In this document: positions 39,917-49,908 of the stretch, in pieces
Numbering within the stretch: position 1 is the stretch's first letter
How the letters are laid out: each line of letters begins with the position of its first letter
Source of the DNA: Geopsychrobacteraceae bacterium
Lineage (GTDB): Bacteria > Desulfobacterota > Desulfuromonadia > Desulfuromonadales > Geopsychrobacteraceae
Reading direction: 5' to 3'
DNA: 64,000 bases
NCBI GenBank assembly: GCA_963676795.2
Contig: CAXXTB010000002.1
Coordinates: forward strand, 320,001 to 384,000
Notes under the pieces: model-generated
What the model saw: only the letters and a program-made list of their open reading frames with translations
What the model was told of the DNA's origin: nothing
The model's database searches: none
Made by a program: the position numbers and the translations under genes

Positions 39917-41899
39917 ATGTTTCAAAAATCGCTCACAGGCAAGTTTCTCTCTGCTGTCGGCATTATCGCAATGCTGACAATGGCCGGCTGCGGAGGTGGT
40001 TCAGGTTCAGGTTCAGGTAATACGGCGGCGCAGACAGTAGAAAAGCCCAATATCATTTATATTGTTGCCGATGACCTGGGCTATTCTGATGTCGGCGCCT
40101 ATGGCGGCGAGGTAAATACCCCGAATATCGATTCCTTGGCTTCAGCAGGCACATTGATGACCAACTTTCACGCCAATCCTGCCTGCTCACCGACGAGAGC
40201 GGCCATGTTGTCGGGAACTGATTCTCATGTGGCCGGGATGGGGGTTATGTTCGAGATGCGCGTTCCAGGTGCGACACCTGTTGCCGAGGCTGATATTTCT
40301 GACAACCTTGGTTATTCGGGATATCTGTTGACCGCCGACGAGGGAATTGACGCCTTTCCGACAAAATTGCAGGCAAGTGGTTATCACACCTATATGGTCG
40401 GAAAGTGGCATGTCGCTAATCTGGGTGGCAATATCGCGACACTGACTCAGGGAGCAGATTTTACCGCTACAATACCAGCAAGCAGAGGCTTTGAAAAATC
40501 ATTTGCTCTGATGCAGGGGGGGGCCAGCCACTACGGAGATGGGCTCGCTGCTTTACCCTCTGCCATGTCAGATGAAGTTGCAGCTTTACCCTATGTGACT
40601 CGTTCTCAAAAAGCTATCTATGTTGAGGATTACAACACCAGTGCTGTTGATGATCTCCCGGCCGACTTTTATTCGACCACCTACTACACCGATAAAATGA
40701 TCGAATACATTGAGAGTAACGAAGCAGACGGGAAGCCGTACTTTGCCTATGTCGCATATACCGCCCCACACTGGCCTCTGCAGTTGCCACTGGAGGCGAT
40801 GGAAGACGGCAATGAGTGGAAAGCCAAATTCGAAGCTTATGAATTAGAATACTTTGTAAATGGTTATGATGCCATCGGCGTTGATCGTTTTGCGCGTATG
40901 AAGGCTCTTGGCATTATCCCCAATGATACAGTTGCTAATGACTGGTCTGAATATCAGAAGTGGGTTTCTCTCGATGAGGACTCAGACGGGCTAGCAGCAT
41001 GGAGTGCGCTGCCTGAAGAGGTACAGCATACCAAGGCCCGTGAGATGGCCGTTTATTCAGTGATGGTCGAGTATATGGATTATCAGATCGGCCGCTTGCT
41101 GGAGCACGTTGATATGGATAATACCATCGTCGTCTTCATGTCCGACAACGGTTCTGAAGCGACTTATCCGACCTCGTTGTGGCCAAACTTTACCGATGCA
41201 TCTCAGCAAGAGTACGTTGAGGCTCTGGTTGAAGCAGCGAATACCGCAAATGGAACAAGCTATTCAACCTTTGCGGACGTTACATCCTATGAAAACCTCG
41301 GCCGTCAAGGGTCTTATCTTTCCTATGATACGGCCTGGACTCAGGTTTCCGCCATGCCTTTCAGGGGCTTTAAAGTCATGACTACTGAAGGTGGAATCAG
41401 GGTCCCTCTGATTGTAAGGTATCCTGGCCAAGCAGGGGGACAGATTTCAGAAGAATTCGCAACGGTTATGGATGTTGCTCCGACGTTTCTGGAACTTGCA
41501 GGCGTTGATGCAAGTAGCATGCAGCAAACCATGCGCGGTGAGTCTCTCGTCGAGTTCTTTGCCGGTGAAGAACTTACAGCTCATGCGACAACCTACGGTG
41601 CCGGTTTCGAACTACTCGGAAGCCGTGCCTATATTAAGGATAACTACAAGCTCTTTTTGCAATCTCCGGGATTCAGCAATGATCCGGATACTGGTGAAGC
41701 TTATGCATCCTATGACCCGGCCTGGGAACTCTATGATCTGTCCAACGACCCGGGAGAGACCTATAACCTGATCGGTGACGCGTCCTATGCGGATACCATC
41801 ACTGATCTCCTCGCGGATTGGGCTAACTATATGACCGAGACCGGGACACTAAATTTTCCAGTAGGAGTGCCTGGATACTATATTCCTGTTGTTGAATAA
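39917..41899 (+). CDS. Lipoprotein arylsulfatase (Cys-type, formylglycine-dependent)
   Basis: RBS GGAGG; lipobox LTMAG-C; PNIIYIVADDLG, CSPTR, GKWH, YTAPHWP, SDNG and EGGIRVP. Confidence 0.92.
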   Translation: MFQKSLTGKFLSAVGIIAMLTMAGCGGGSGSGSGNTAAQTVEKPNIIYIVADDLGYSDVGAYGGEVNTPNIDSLASAGTLMTNFHANPACSPTRAAMLSGTDSHVAGMGVMFEMRVPGATPVAEADISDNLGYSGYLLTADEGIDAFPTKLQASGYHTYMVGKWHVANLGGNIATLTQGADFTATIPASRGFEKSFALMQGGASHYGDGLAALPSAMSDEVAALPYVTRSQKAIYVEDYNTSAVDDLPADFYSTTYYTDKMIEYIESNEADGKPYFAYVAYTAPHWPLQLPLEAMEDGNEWKAKFEAYELEYFVNGYDAIGVDRFARMKALGIIPNDTVANDWSEYQKWVSLDEDSDGLAAWSALPEEVQHTKAREMAVYSVMVEYMDYQIGRLLEHVDMDNTIVVFMSDNGSEATYPTSLWPNFTDASQQEYVEALVEAANTANGTSYSTFADVTSYENLGRQGSYLSYDTAWTQVSAMPFRGFKVMTTEGGIRVPLIVRYPGQAGGQISEEFATVMDVAPTFLELAGVDASSMQQTMRGESLVEFFAGEELTAHATTYGAGFELLGSRAYIKDNYKLFLQSPGFSNDPDTGEAYASYDPAWELYDLSNDPGETYNLIGDASYADTITDLLADWANYMTETGTLNFPVGVPGYYIPVVE

Positions 41900-41917
41900 C
41901 GGTCTTCAGATAATTTT

Positions 41918-41952
41918 GCAGGAAGATTCCTTAAGAATCTTCCTGCTTTTTT
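41918..41952 (+). terminator. Rho-independent terminator after the sulfatase
   Basis: GCAGGAAGATTC-loop-GAATCTTCCTGC-T6. Confidence 0.8.
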
Positions 41953-41980
41953 ATATGGAGTTGGTTATTCGCCATCAGCC

Positions 41981-43294
41981 GTGAACAGGATAAAATTATT
42001 AAAAAGTTTCTATCCGTTGTCCAATGGGTTACCCATGAAGTTTATTCTGCATTTGCACCCACCGCAGCTTCCTGTAGAAGCATGCCATTTTAGAAGAACA
42101 TTTGGTTTGGGTGGCAGTGCCCTCGTATTATTCGTGCTGTTGCTCATGACGGGTATGCTGGAACTGTTTGTTTATGACCCGACGGTCGCAGAGGCATATC
42201 CATCTGTCCAACAATTGCAACAGATGAGTCTTGGCCGGTGGGTCCGGAACATTCATTATCTGTCGGCTCAACTGATTGTTGTTGTCAGTTTTCTTCATTT
42301 GCTACGGGTCTTTTTAACCGGGGGCTATAGTGGTGTTCGCCGGGGAAATTGGTGGATCGGCCTGGTTGTGCTGTTTGTACTGCTGTGCTCGGCATTTACC
42401 GGGTATCTGCTCCCATGGGATCAGCTCTCCTTCTGGGCGGTTACCATCTGTTCCAAAATGTTCGAATATGTTCCGTTGATTGGCGCTGGTTTGCAACAAC
42501 TGCTGTTTTCCGGCTCTGAGGTCGGTCCTGCGACTCTCCATAATTTTTACATTCTCCATACCATTTTTCTGCCGGGTACCATTACAGTCCTCCTGGTGTT
42601 TCATTTCTGGTTTGTCCGCAAGGCAAGGGGCGTCATCCTTCCTCAGAGTCACGCCGGGCAACCTGAAGTTCGTTCCAAGGTGCCGTCTTACCCTGATCTG
42701 GTATTTCGTGAGGCAGCTGTCGCTCTAAACTTGTGTGCGCTTGTTCTGATCCTTGCCGTTTTCATCGATGCTCCACTCGGCTTGCCTGCCAACCCGGGAA
42801 TGAGCCCGAATCCGGTCAAGGCTCCCTGGTATTATCTTGGTGTGCAGGAGCTGTTGATTCATTTTCAGCCGTTGGTCGCAATTGTCATTGCTCCATGCTG
42901 CGCCGCACTGTTCCTGTTTTTGCTGCCCATGACACGATTGAAAGATCATGAAGCAGGACGCTGGTTTGTCAGTCGAAGGGGCTTATCCGGTGCCGTCATT
43001 GCTTTCGCAATTGCTCTGTTGTCGGTCCCCGCGCTGATCATCCTGAACTCTGTTGTTCCGGCCCCGTTTTTCCCGGCATGGATAGGTCATTATCTTCTTC
43101 CCCTTGGGGGAACGGCTATCCTGATTGGTGGCGCTGTATTGTTTATGAGGAGGATGGCAAAAATGACTCAGGCTGAAATCGTCCTGGTGTTATTTGTCTT
43201 TTTTGCTACTACAGTTGTGATTCTGACGATCACCGGGATCTTTTTCAGGGGAGCCGAAATGGCCCTTGTGCTGCCGAGTTGGATGGCACTATGA
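41981..43294 (+). CDS. Cytochrome b/b6 (fused b6 plus subunit IV)
   Basis: RNIH...FLHL and ILH...FHF heme His pairs, TGYLLPWDQ and KAPWY. Start GTG 41981 or ATG 42035. Confidence 0.9.
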   Translation: MNRIKLLKSFYPLSNGLPMKFILHLHPPQLPVEACHFRRTFGLGGSALVLFVLLLMTGMLELFVYDPTVAEAYPSVQQLQQMSLGRWVRNIHYLSAQLIVVVSFLHLLRVFLTGGYSGVRRGNWWIGLVVLFVLLCSAFTGYLLPWDQLSFWAVTICSKMFEYVPLIGAGLQQLLFSGSEVGPATLHNFYILHTIFLPGTITVLLVFHFWFVRKARGVILPQSHAGQPEVRSKVPSYPDLVFREAAVALNLCALVLILAVFIDAPLGLPANPGMSPNPVKAPWYYLGVQELLIHFQPLVAIVIAPCCAALFLFLLPMTRLKDHEAGRWFVSRRGLSGAVIAFAIALLSVPALIILNSVVPAPFFPAWIGHYLLPLGGTAILIGGAVLFMRRMAKMTQAEIVLVLFVFFATTVVILTITGIFFRGAEMALVLPSWMAL

Positions 43295-43830
43295 GCGACA
43301 TTAAGAAAGCGAAATCCGATAAGTTTAGGGACGATACTGGGTTCAAGGAAAAGTGTCTGTTGGACCGCCGGTCGTTTTTGAAATGGCTGTGGATCGCTCT
43401 GGGAGGCATTATCGTCTGTGAACTGTTCTGGTTGGTTTACACGATGATCAGACCTGATGCTGCCACAAGGACTCAAGAGGAGAAGAAGATTCTCGCTTTG
43501 GGGCAGGCGACTCAATATCAATCCGGAACGGTGACAGCCGTTCCTGCAGGAAAGTTATATCTGGCTCGGACCGTAGAGGGCGGTTTTCTTGCCATGGGGC
43601 GCGAATGTACCCACCTGGGCTGCACGATCTATTGGGACAAGATGGAGCAACGCTTTAACTGCCCATGCCACGGCTCCGCTTTTGCCCTGAATGGCGGTGT
43701 CATCAAATCACCGGCGACACGCCCACTCGATCTCTATCATGTCTTCATCGAAAACGGGATTGTCAAGGTTGATCTTGGGCAGCGTTCAAGACGTAGTGAT
43801 GTGAACAACTCTCAGGCCGTTTTCATATGA
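43291..43830 (+). CDS. Rieske 2Fe-2S protein
   Basis: Tat-like RRSFLK, CTHLGC and CPCHGS. ATG overlaps the cytochrome b stop. Confidence 0.93.
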   Translation: MSDIKKAKSDKFRDDTGFKEKCLLDRRSFLKWLWIALGGIIVCELFWLVYTMIRPDAATRTQEEKKILALGQATQYQSGTVTAVPAGKLYLARTVEGGFLAMGRECTHLGCTIYWDKMEQRFNCPCHGSAFALNGGVIKSPATRPLDLYHVFIENGIVKVDLGQRSRRSDVNNSQAVFI

Positions 43831-46103
43831 AGAGCTCAGGACTGCACAGCTGGAAACTTGCCGCCATTATTGGCACTCTGCTGATTGCCATCTCTTTTCC
43901 ATTGGCCTATTGGCAGGGAGAACGCAAGGTTGCAGAAGTGGCTGCTGTTCAGACTGCCTCCGCGACCTATGTCGGCAGTCAAAAATGCCTGGAATGTCAT
44001 AACAGCGCCTGGCAGAAATGGCACAATTCGGACCATGACAAGGCGATGGATATTGCGACAAGCGAAACGGTGCTGGGCGATTTTGATAATGTTTCCTTTG
44101 AGCATGACGGGTACAGCACGCTCTTCTTCAAAAATGGGGAGGAGTTTTATGTCAATACTGAAGGTCCTGATGGTTCTATGGCCGACTTTCAGGTCAAGTA
44201 CGTGTTCGGTGTCGATCCGCTTCAACAATATCTTATAGAGTTTCCCGGCGGTCGTTATCAGGTGCTGGGTGTTTCCTGGGATGCAGAACAGCAGCGCTGG
44301 TATGACATGTATCCGGACCAGGATATCGAGGCTGGGGACTGGCTCCATTGGACGAGGCAGGCTCAGAACTGGAATTCCATGTGTGCTGAGTGCCATTCGA
44401 CCAACCTGGTAAAGGGCTATGATCCTGGCAGTGACTCATATAAGACAACCTGGAGCGATATCGATGTCGGTTGTGAAGCCTGCCACGGACCAGGATCAAA
44501 GCATCTCGACTGGGCGGCGGTACCGGAAATGGGGCGGGCGGAGAGTGCCAATTTTGAACTGACTGTTGTCACCAGGGATATGTCCAGCCAGCAGCAGGCC
44601 GATTTCTGTGCCAACTGTCATTCCCGGCGTTATCTTTTACAGGCTCATGAAGCGGATAACAGTGAGTTGCTTGACTACGCGGTTCCGTCATTACTTCAGG
44701 AAGGTTTGTATCATGCTGATGGCCAGATCCTCGATGAAGTCTATGTCTATGGCTCCTTTGTCCAGAGTAAAATGTTTAATTCAGGCGTCAAGTGCAGCGA
44801 TTGTCACGATGTACACAGTCTGGAGCGTCACAAGGAAGGCAATGACCTCTGCCTGCAGTGCCATCAGGAGAAAATCTACAACAGTTCCGATCATCATTTT
44901 CATAAGCAGTTTGACCAGGGAAAACCGAGTGACGGCTGGCTCTGCGTAAAATGTCATATGCCAGAGAAACCCTACATGGTGATCGACTGGCGGGCAGATC
45001 ATAGCATTCGCATCCCTCGCCCCGACCTTTCCGCTGAAATTGGTGTTCCGAATGCCTGTAATGATTGTCATAGTGACAAGACAGTGGACTGGTCGATGAA
45101 GTATATCGACCAGTGGTACGGTAAGCGCAAACGTTTTCATTACGGATCGGTTTTTGACAAGGCCAGAAAGGGGATTGCCGGATCAGAGACCGCTTTGGAG
45201 GAAGTTTTTTTCGAGCGTAAATATGTGGCCATTGTCAGAGCTACAGCAGTCTCGCTTTTGAATCAATTTCCCGGAGAGACGACGTTTAGGGTCTTGAAAG
45301 AGGCTCTAGGTGATGAAGAGTCTCTGGTTCGTCTTACCGCATTGCGCCTGGTGAACAATCTCAACTTCCAGGGGCTTGGCAAGGAAATTTTCTCACTATT
45401 GTACGACCCGGTCGCAGCGGTCAGGGCCGAGGCCGCATTCAATCTGCCTCAGAGTTTGTTCTCCCGGCTGAATGAGATGGAACAAGCGACATATGTGATT
45501 GCTTTGCAGGAGTATCGGGATGTTATGCTCTATTCGGCCGATTTTACCTTTGGTCAATTCAACCTTGGAAATCTGGCCGCTAAGCAAGGATATCAGGATA
45601 ACGCAGAAAAATACTACCTTGCAGCAATCGCTATTGATGAGCTTTTTTACCCGGCACAGATCAATCTGGCCTTCCTCTATTATGGCATGGGACGTAAGTC
45701 CGAGGCCGAGGCCTTGTTCCGCAAGGTTGTAGCCAATTACCCTGACAATCTCGTCGTTGAGTACAATCTCGGCCTGTTGTTGGCTGAAGAAAAAAACTAT
45801 GCAGAAGCTGCGATCTATCTACAGAGAGCGGCAGACGCGCTTGAAAAATCGGCACCGGTATTTTTTAATCTGGGACAGGTTTTCGCTCTGCTCGACAGGC
45901 ATGAAGAAGCCCTGGTCGCCTTGCGTCAAGCGGTTAGCCTGTTGCCGTCTTCTGAATCATATTTTACGGCGCTGATCGAACAATACTTAAAACTGGGGCG
46001 CAAAGCGGAGGCTTTCCTGGCCGTTAAGGAAGCGGCGGAGGATCTCAGCCCGGGATATTTAAGGCGTATCCATGATTATATCGAGCGCTATCCACGCAAA
46101 TAA
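43827..46103 (+). CDS. Octaheme cytochrome c with HEAT/TPR C-terminus
   Basis: Eight CxxCH motifs (CLECH, CAECH, CEACH, CANCH, CSDCH, CLQCH, CVKCH, CNDCH), an N-terminal anchor and TPR-like repeats. Confidence 0.9.
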   Translation: MKSSGLHSWKLAAIIGTLLIAISFPLAYWQGERKVAEVAAVQTASATYVGSQKCLECHNSAWQKWHNSDHDKAMDIATSETVLGDFDNVSFEHDGYSTLFFKNGEEFYVNTEGPDGSMADFQVKYVFGVDPLQQYLIEFPGGRYQVLGVSWDAEQQRWYDMYPDQDIEAGDWLHWTRQAQNWNSMCAECHSTNLVKGYDPGSDSYKTTWSDIDVGCEACHGPGSKHLDWAAVPEMGRAESANFELTVVTRDMSSQQQADFCANCHSRRYLLQAHEADNSELLDYAVPSLLQEGLYHADGQILDEVYVYGSFVQSKMFNSGVKCSDCHDVHSLERHKEGNDLCLQCHQEKIYNSSDHHFHKQFDQGKPSDGWLCVKCHMPEKPYMVIDWRADHSIRIPRPDLSAEIGVPNACNDCHSDKTVDWSMKYIDQWYGKRKRFHYGSVFDKARKGIAGSETALEEVFFERKYVAIVRATAVSLLNQFPGETTFRVLKEALGDEESLVRLTALRLVNNLNFQGLGKEIFSLLYDPVAAVRAEAAFNLPQSLFSRLNEMEQATYVIALQEYRDVMLYSADFTFGQFNLGNLAAKQGYQDNAEKYYLAAIAIDELFYPAQINLAFLYYGMGRKSEAEALFRKVVANYPDNLVVEYNLGLLLAEEKNYAEAAIYLQRAADALEKSAPVFFNLGQVFALLDRHEEALVALRQAVSLLPSSESYFTALIEQYLKLGRKAEAFLAVKEAAEDLSPGYLRRIHDYIERYPRK

Positions 46104-46167
46104 CATTTCGATCTTCAGAATGGTAGTTTTTGCATGGGGATTTGGCAAAATTTCGGATTAGGTCAAT

Positions 46168-46833
46168 TTAGGGTGATTTTTCCACTGGTTCCTTCCCCTC
46201 TCGGCTCAACTCAGTCATCAGGGAAATTATCGCTTCCAGTCTTTTTTCAGCTGTAATCATGGCTTCATCAAAATCTTCTGCACCGATGAGCAGTTTCAAT
46301 TGTAACGGTGCGATGATTGCGCCAATGAGAAGTTCCGAGCACATATCAAGGTCTGAATCACTGATTGCGCTAATCTGAAGCTCTTTAAGTTTTTTGGAAA
46401 TAATGTTTCGACAGTTGATAATGATATCTTCATGGTACTGTCGAGCGAGAATCCGGTTTGTTTTAGCTTCTGAAATGACCAGTCGTGTCATTTCCAGCTG
46501 CCTCGAAGAGAGGGCAAATCTTGTCAATTCGAGAAAAACCTGTCTGAATTTCGCACTTGAAGGTTGCTTTATGAGCTGGCGAGATATCGGCTCTTTGTTG
46601 TCGATGGAGACGCTTTCCAATAATTCCTGAAAAAGCTCTGATTTGTTCGAAAAAACCTGATAGAGGGTTTTTTTGGAGATTTTGCACGCCTTAGCGATAT
46701 CCTCCATGCTGGTCGAGCTATAACCGCATTCCAAGTAAAGTTTTTCTGCCTTCTCAAGAATGAACGCCTTGCGTTGTTCTGGATTCATTGTTGGTGGCCG
46801 GCCAGCCCGTTTCTTTTTGCTATCCATTCCCAT
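46168..46833 (-). CDS. TetR/AcrR-family regulator
   Basis: GRP...GYSSTSMEDIAKACKISKKTLYQVFSNKSEL HTH. Start could be 46869, 46833 or 46827. Confidence 0.92.
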   Translation of the reverse strand: MGMDSKKKRAGRPPTMNPEQRKAFILEKAEKLYLECGYSSTSMEDIAKACKISKKTLYQVFSNKSELFQELLESVSIDNKEPISRQLIKQPSSAKFRQVFLELTRFALSSRQLEMTRLVISEAKTNRILARQYHEDIIINCRNIISKKLKELQISAISDSDLDMCSELLIGAIIAPLQLKLLIGAEDFDEAMITAEKRLEAIISLMTELSREGKEPVEKSP

Positions 46834-46890
46834 TTCTTTCCGGTTCCATACCTTATTGTAATTGGACATGATTTAGATCGTTATGCATAT

Positions 46891-46914
46891 TTAGGAAACG
46901 GTCAAGTTTCCTAA
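46891..46914. promoter_or_regulatory. Palindromic operator (probable TetR site)
   Basis: TTAGGAAAC-GGTCAA-GTTTCCTAA between divergent tetR and the corrinoid gene. Confidence 0.65.
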
Positions 46915-47045
46915 CTTGGCGGAAGTGAGATCCCAATCTGCCGTAATGCAGATTTAAGAAATCACAAATAGTTAAAGCTGGCAATACAAAAGGCTTTTTG
47001 TTCATTGAGAACGATTTCTGTCCCTTACTTTTATGGAGGATTATC

Positions 47046-47684
47046 ATGGAATTTATCGAAGAAATCTCGGCAGCTGTACAGCAGGGAAAAGCTAAGATCG
47101 TCAAGGCAAAGGTTCAGGAAGCTGTAGATAACGGAATTGACGCGAATGTGATTTTGAATGATGCCCTTATCGCAGGCATGAATATCATTGGCGCCAAATT
47201 CAAGCGTGATGAAGTCTTCGTTCCTGAAGTCCTGATCGCCGCCAGAGCAATGAAAGCAGGTGCCGAAATCCTTAAGCCTTTGCTGGCAAGTAGTGGTTTT
47301 AAGGCCGCGGGAAAAATGATCCTGGGGACCGTCAAGGGCGATATGCATGACATTGGAAAAAATCTCGTCCGTATGATGGTTGAGGGTAAGGGGATCGAAG
47401 TCATCGATCTCGGTGTTGATGTCCCGGCCGAGAAGTTTCTTGAGGCTGCCAAAGAGCACGGTGCTCAACTTATCGCAATGTCCTCGTTGCTGACAACAAC
47501 CATGGGCGAAATGAAGGTGGTTATCGATCAATTTGCCAGTGAAGGAATCAAGGATCGGTACAAGTTCCTGATTGGTGGCGCACCTATTACTCAGGACTTC
47601 TGTGAAAAAATCGGTGCTGACAGCTACACCCCGGATGCAGCTGCAGCCGCGGATGCAGCCTATGGCTTTGTAACTGCCGCTTGA
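47046..47684 (+). CDS. Corrinoid (cobalamin-binding) protein of a methyltransferase system
   Basis: Cap domain VFVPEVL, GDMHDIGKNLV (DxHxxG), SSLLTTT and IGGAP; RBS GGAGG. Confidence 0.95.
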   Translation: MEFIEEISAAVQQGKAKIVKAKVQEAVDNGIDANVILNDALIAGMNIIGAKFKRDEVFVPEVLIAARAMKAGAEILKPLLASSGFKAAGKMILGTVKGDMHDIGKNLVRMMVEGKGIEVIDLGVDVPAEKFLEAAKEHGAQLIAMSSLLTTTMGEMKVVIDQFASEGIKDRYKFLIGGAPITQDFCEKIGADSYTPDAAAAADAAYGFVTAA

Positions 47685-47714
47685 AATGAATTTTCGCAGT
47701 AAAGGATATATTTG

Positions 47715-48782
47715 ATGGATTATAAATTTTATCACGATTTGGCCAAGACTTTGCCAGCCGTACCTTTAGCAGCCCATCTGGTTTTGCATGAGCAGGCCGA
47801 TCCTGAAGAAATCATCTATGATGGTGAGCGGTTAGGGAAGGTTTTGGTTGAAACCGCCAAGCGCTTCAATACGAAATTTGCCTTTCCGCTTATGGATCTT
47901 ACCCTTGAGAAGGAGCTGATGCTTCATGTCATGGGGTTGGTCCAGTCATCTGAAGAAGCAGAGACCTTTCACTTTGACGAACTTCCGCCGGCTGAGGTTC
48001 TGGCAAAGGTGACCGACTCATTAGATGTTTCAGTCATTCGCCGCATGAAGGCATCTTGTGACGCTATCTCTTATGTTGCCCAGGAGGGTGGCGATATCCT
48101 GCCGATGGGTATGGGGATCGGTCCGTTTTCCTTGCTGACCAAGCTCATGGATGATCCTATTACTGCGGTTTACATGGTCGGTAGCGGGATGACTGCCGAC
48201 GATGATGAAAGTGTCGAAATCGCGGAAGAATTACTCAAATGCGCTGAGCGGGTCATCTATAGTTACTGGGTGGCCCAGTGTGAAGCCGGCGCTAAAGCGC
48301 TGTTTAATTGCGAGCCCGCTGCAAATCTCGTTTATTTCTCACCCAATCAGATAGCATCTGGCTCAGATGTCTTTGACAGGTTTGTCATTGAGCCTAATGC
48401 TCGTCTGCGTGATCTTTTGGTGTCCAAGGATGTCGATTTTCTACTCCACGACTGCGGTGAAATGCGTGCTGAAATGATCCGCTCCTTGAGCAACCTACGT
48501 CCAAAAGTGTTCAGTTTTGGCAGTCCTGTTGCCCTCTGGGAAGCTGCACCTCATGTCGATAAAGACATCGTACTGTTCGGAAATTTACCGAGCAAGAAGT
48601 TCTATTCTGACGAGCTGTCAGTTGAGGGAATCTATAAACTGATTGAGGAAATTACCGAAAAAATGAGCGCGACTGGACATCCTTACATCGTTGGCACGGA
48701 ATGCGATGTTCTCTCGATGCCGGGTTATGAGCAGGTCATTATGGAGAAAGTCATTGCAATGAACCAGTGTCCGATTGCCTGA
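47715..48782 (+). CDS. UroD/MtaA-CmuA-family methyltransferase (Zn, thiol-activating type)
   Basis: MDLTLE, GPFSL, LHDCG (HxC), LFGNL and VGTEC terminal Cys. Confidence 0.75.
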   Translation: MDYKFYHDLAKTLPAVPLAAHLVLHEQADPEEIIYDGERLGKVLVETAKRFNTKFAFPLMDLTLEKELMLHVMGLVQSSEEAETFHFDELPPAEVLAKVTDSLDVSVIRRMKASCDAISYVAQEGGDILPMGMGIGPFSLLTKLMDDPITAVYMVGSGMTADDDESVEIAEELLKCAERVIYSYWVAQCEAGAKALFNCEPAANLVYFSPNQIASGSDVFDRFVIEPNARLRDLLVSKDVDFLLHDCGEMRAEMIRSLSNLRPKVFSFGSPVALWEAAPHVDKDIVLFGNLPSKKFYSDELSVEGIYKLIEEITEKMSATGHPYIVGTECDVLSMPGYEQVIMEKVIAMNQCPIA

Positions 48783-48811
48783 AGAGTGATCGACGCATAA
48801 GGAGATAGAGA

Positions 48812-49771
48812 ATGACCGAAAGAGAAAATGCGCTGTTAGCAATGGCCCATAAAGAGCCAATGTGGGTTCCTAGTGTGTTTGATTGTGCTGAACGTGTTCC
48901 TGACTTCATCAATGAAAGACCTGTTTTTGAGACAGGTTATGACTGTTTCGGTGTTCATTGGGTAGAGACCGGTAAAGAAACTATGGGTATTACCCATGTC
49001 GACCCTCATATGCCACATGTTCTTGACGATATCTGTGATTGGCATGAGAAGGTTAAGTTTCCCGATCTTGATGCGATTGACTGGGCCCATGTTGCCGAGG
49101 TTGCCAAAGGACTTGATCGCGAAAACAGGCTGATCATGTACTGGTCGAATCTGGGACTGTTCGAAAGAACCCATACCCTGATGGATTTCGAGGAAGCACT
49201 CTGTTCCTATATGGAAGAACCTGAAGAGATGAAGGCTCTGATTGAGGCTATTGCAGATCATAAAATCAAGGCCTTCAAGCTCATGCACGAGCATTGCAAC
49301 CTCGATCTCATCCTCTATCACGATGATTGGGGAATCCAGACCGGATCTCTACTTCCCAAACATGTCTGGGATGAAATTATCAGACCTGCAACTCAAAGAC
49401 TTTATGCCAGCGTTAAGGCAATGGGGCTCTATCTTGTTCATCATTCCTGCGGCAAGGTCGAACAATATATCCCAGAAATGATTGCTATGGGAGCGGACGG
49501 TTGGGCCTCATGCCAGAGTTGTAACGATCTGGGCGCGATAAAGAAAGAATATGGTGACAAGATTGCTTTTTGGGGCGCGCTTGATGACCAGAACGTTCTT
49601 GGCAAGCCGGATACGACAGACGAAGATCTCTACGCCGAAGCCAGAGAAAAAGTGGAACTGCTGGCAGAAGGCGGTGGCTGGCTGGCTGGTCCAGCAACCT
49701 ACAGGTCTTTTAATCCGGCGCATGACAGAAAGTGTGAAGCCATGATCAAGGAAATGACCTTGAAATACTAA
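48812..49771 (+). CDS. UroD-fold methyltransferase (O-demethylase MT-I-like), copy 1
   Basis: MTEREN start, GYDCFGVHW, LDDICDW, YHDDWG, HHSCGK and AFWGALD. Confidence 0.75.
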   Translation: MTERENALLAMAHKEPMWVPSVFDCAERVPDFINERPVFETGYDCFGVHWVETGKETMGITHVDPHMPHVLDDICDWHEKVKFPDLDAIDWAHVAEVAKGLDRENRLIMYWSNLGLFERTHTLMDFEEALCSYMEEPEEMKALIEAIADHKIKAFKLMHEHCNLDLILYHDDWGIQTGSLLPKHVWDEIIRPATQRLYASVKAMGLYLVHHSCGKVEQYIPEMIAMGADGWASCQSCNDLGAIKKEYGDKIAFWGALDDQNVLGKPDTTDEDLYAEAREKVELLAEGGGWLAGPATYRSFNPAHDRKCEAMIKEMTLKY

Positions 49772-49908
49772 TTGAAACCTGACCGTGATCAATAGTCGCC
49801 CGTTTCATCAGATTGGTCTTTACACAAGTGGTTAACGTTGATGAGCAATGTTATAGGGTTGCATGTTAGTTAGCCTGTTTCGTTGATTTCATTTAAAGGA
49901 TAAAAAAC

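Noticed and set aside
46870..47045. Cobalamin riboswitch upstream of the corrinoid operon
   Set aside because: No recognisable B12-box or AGGGAA-GGTG-AA-TCC core; the palindrome fits a TetR operator better.
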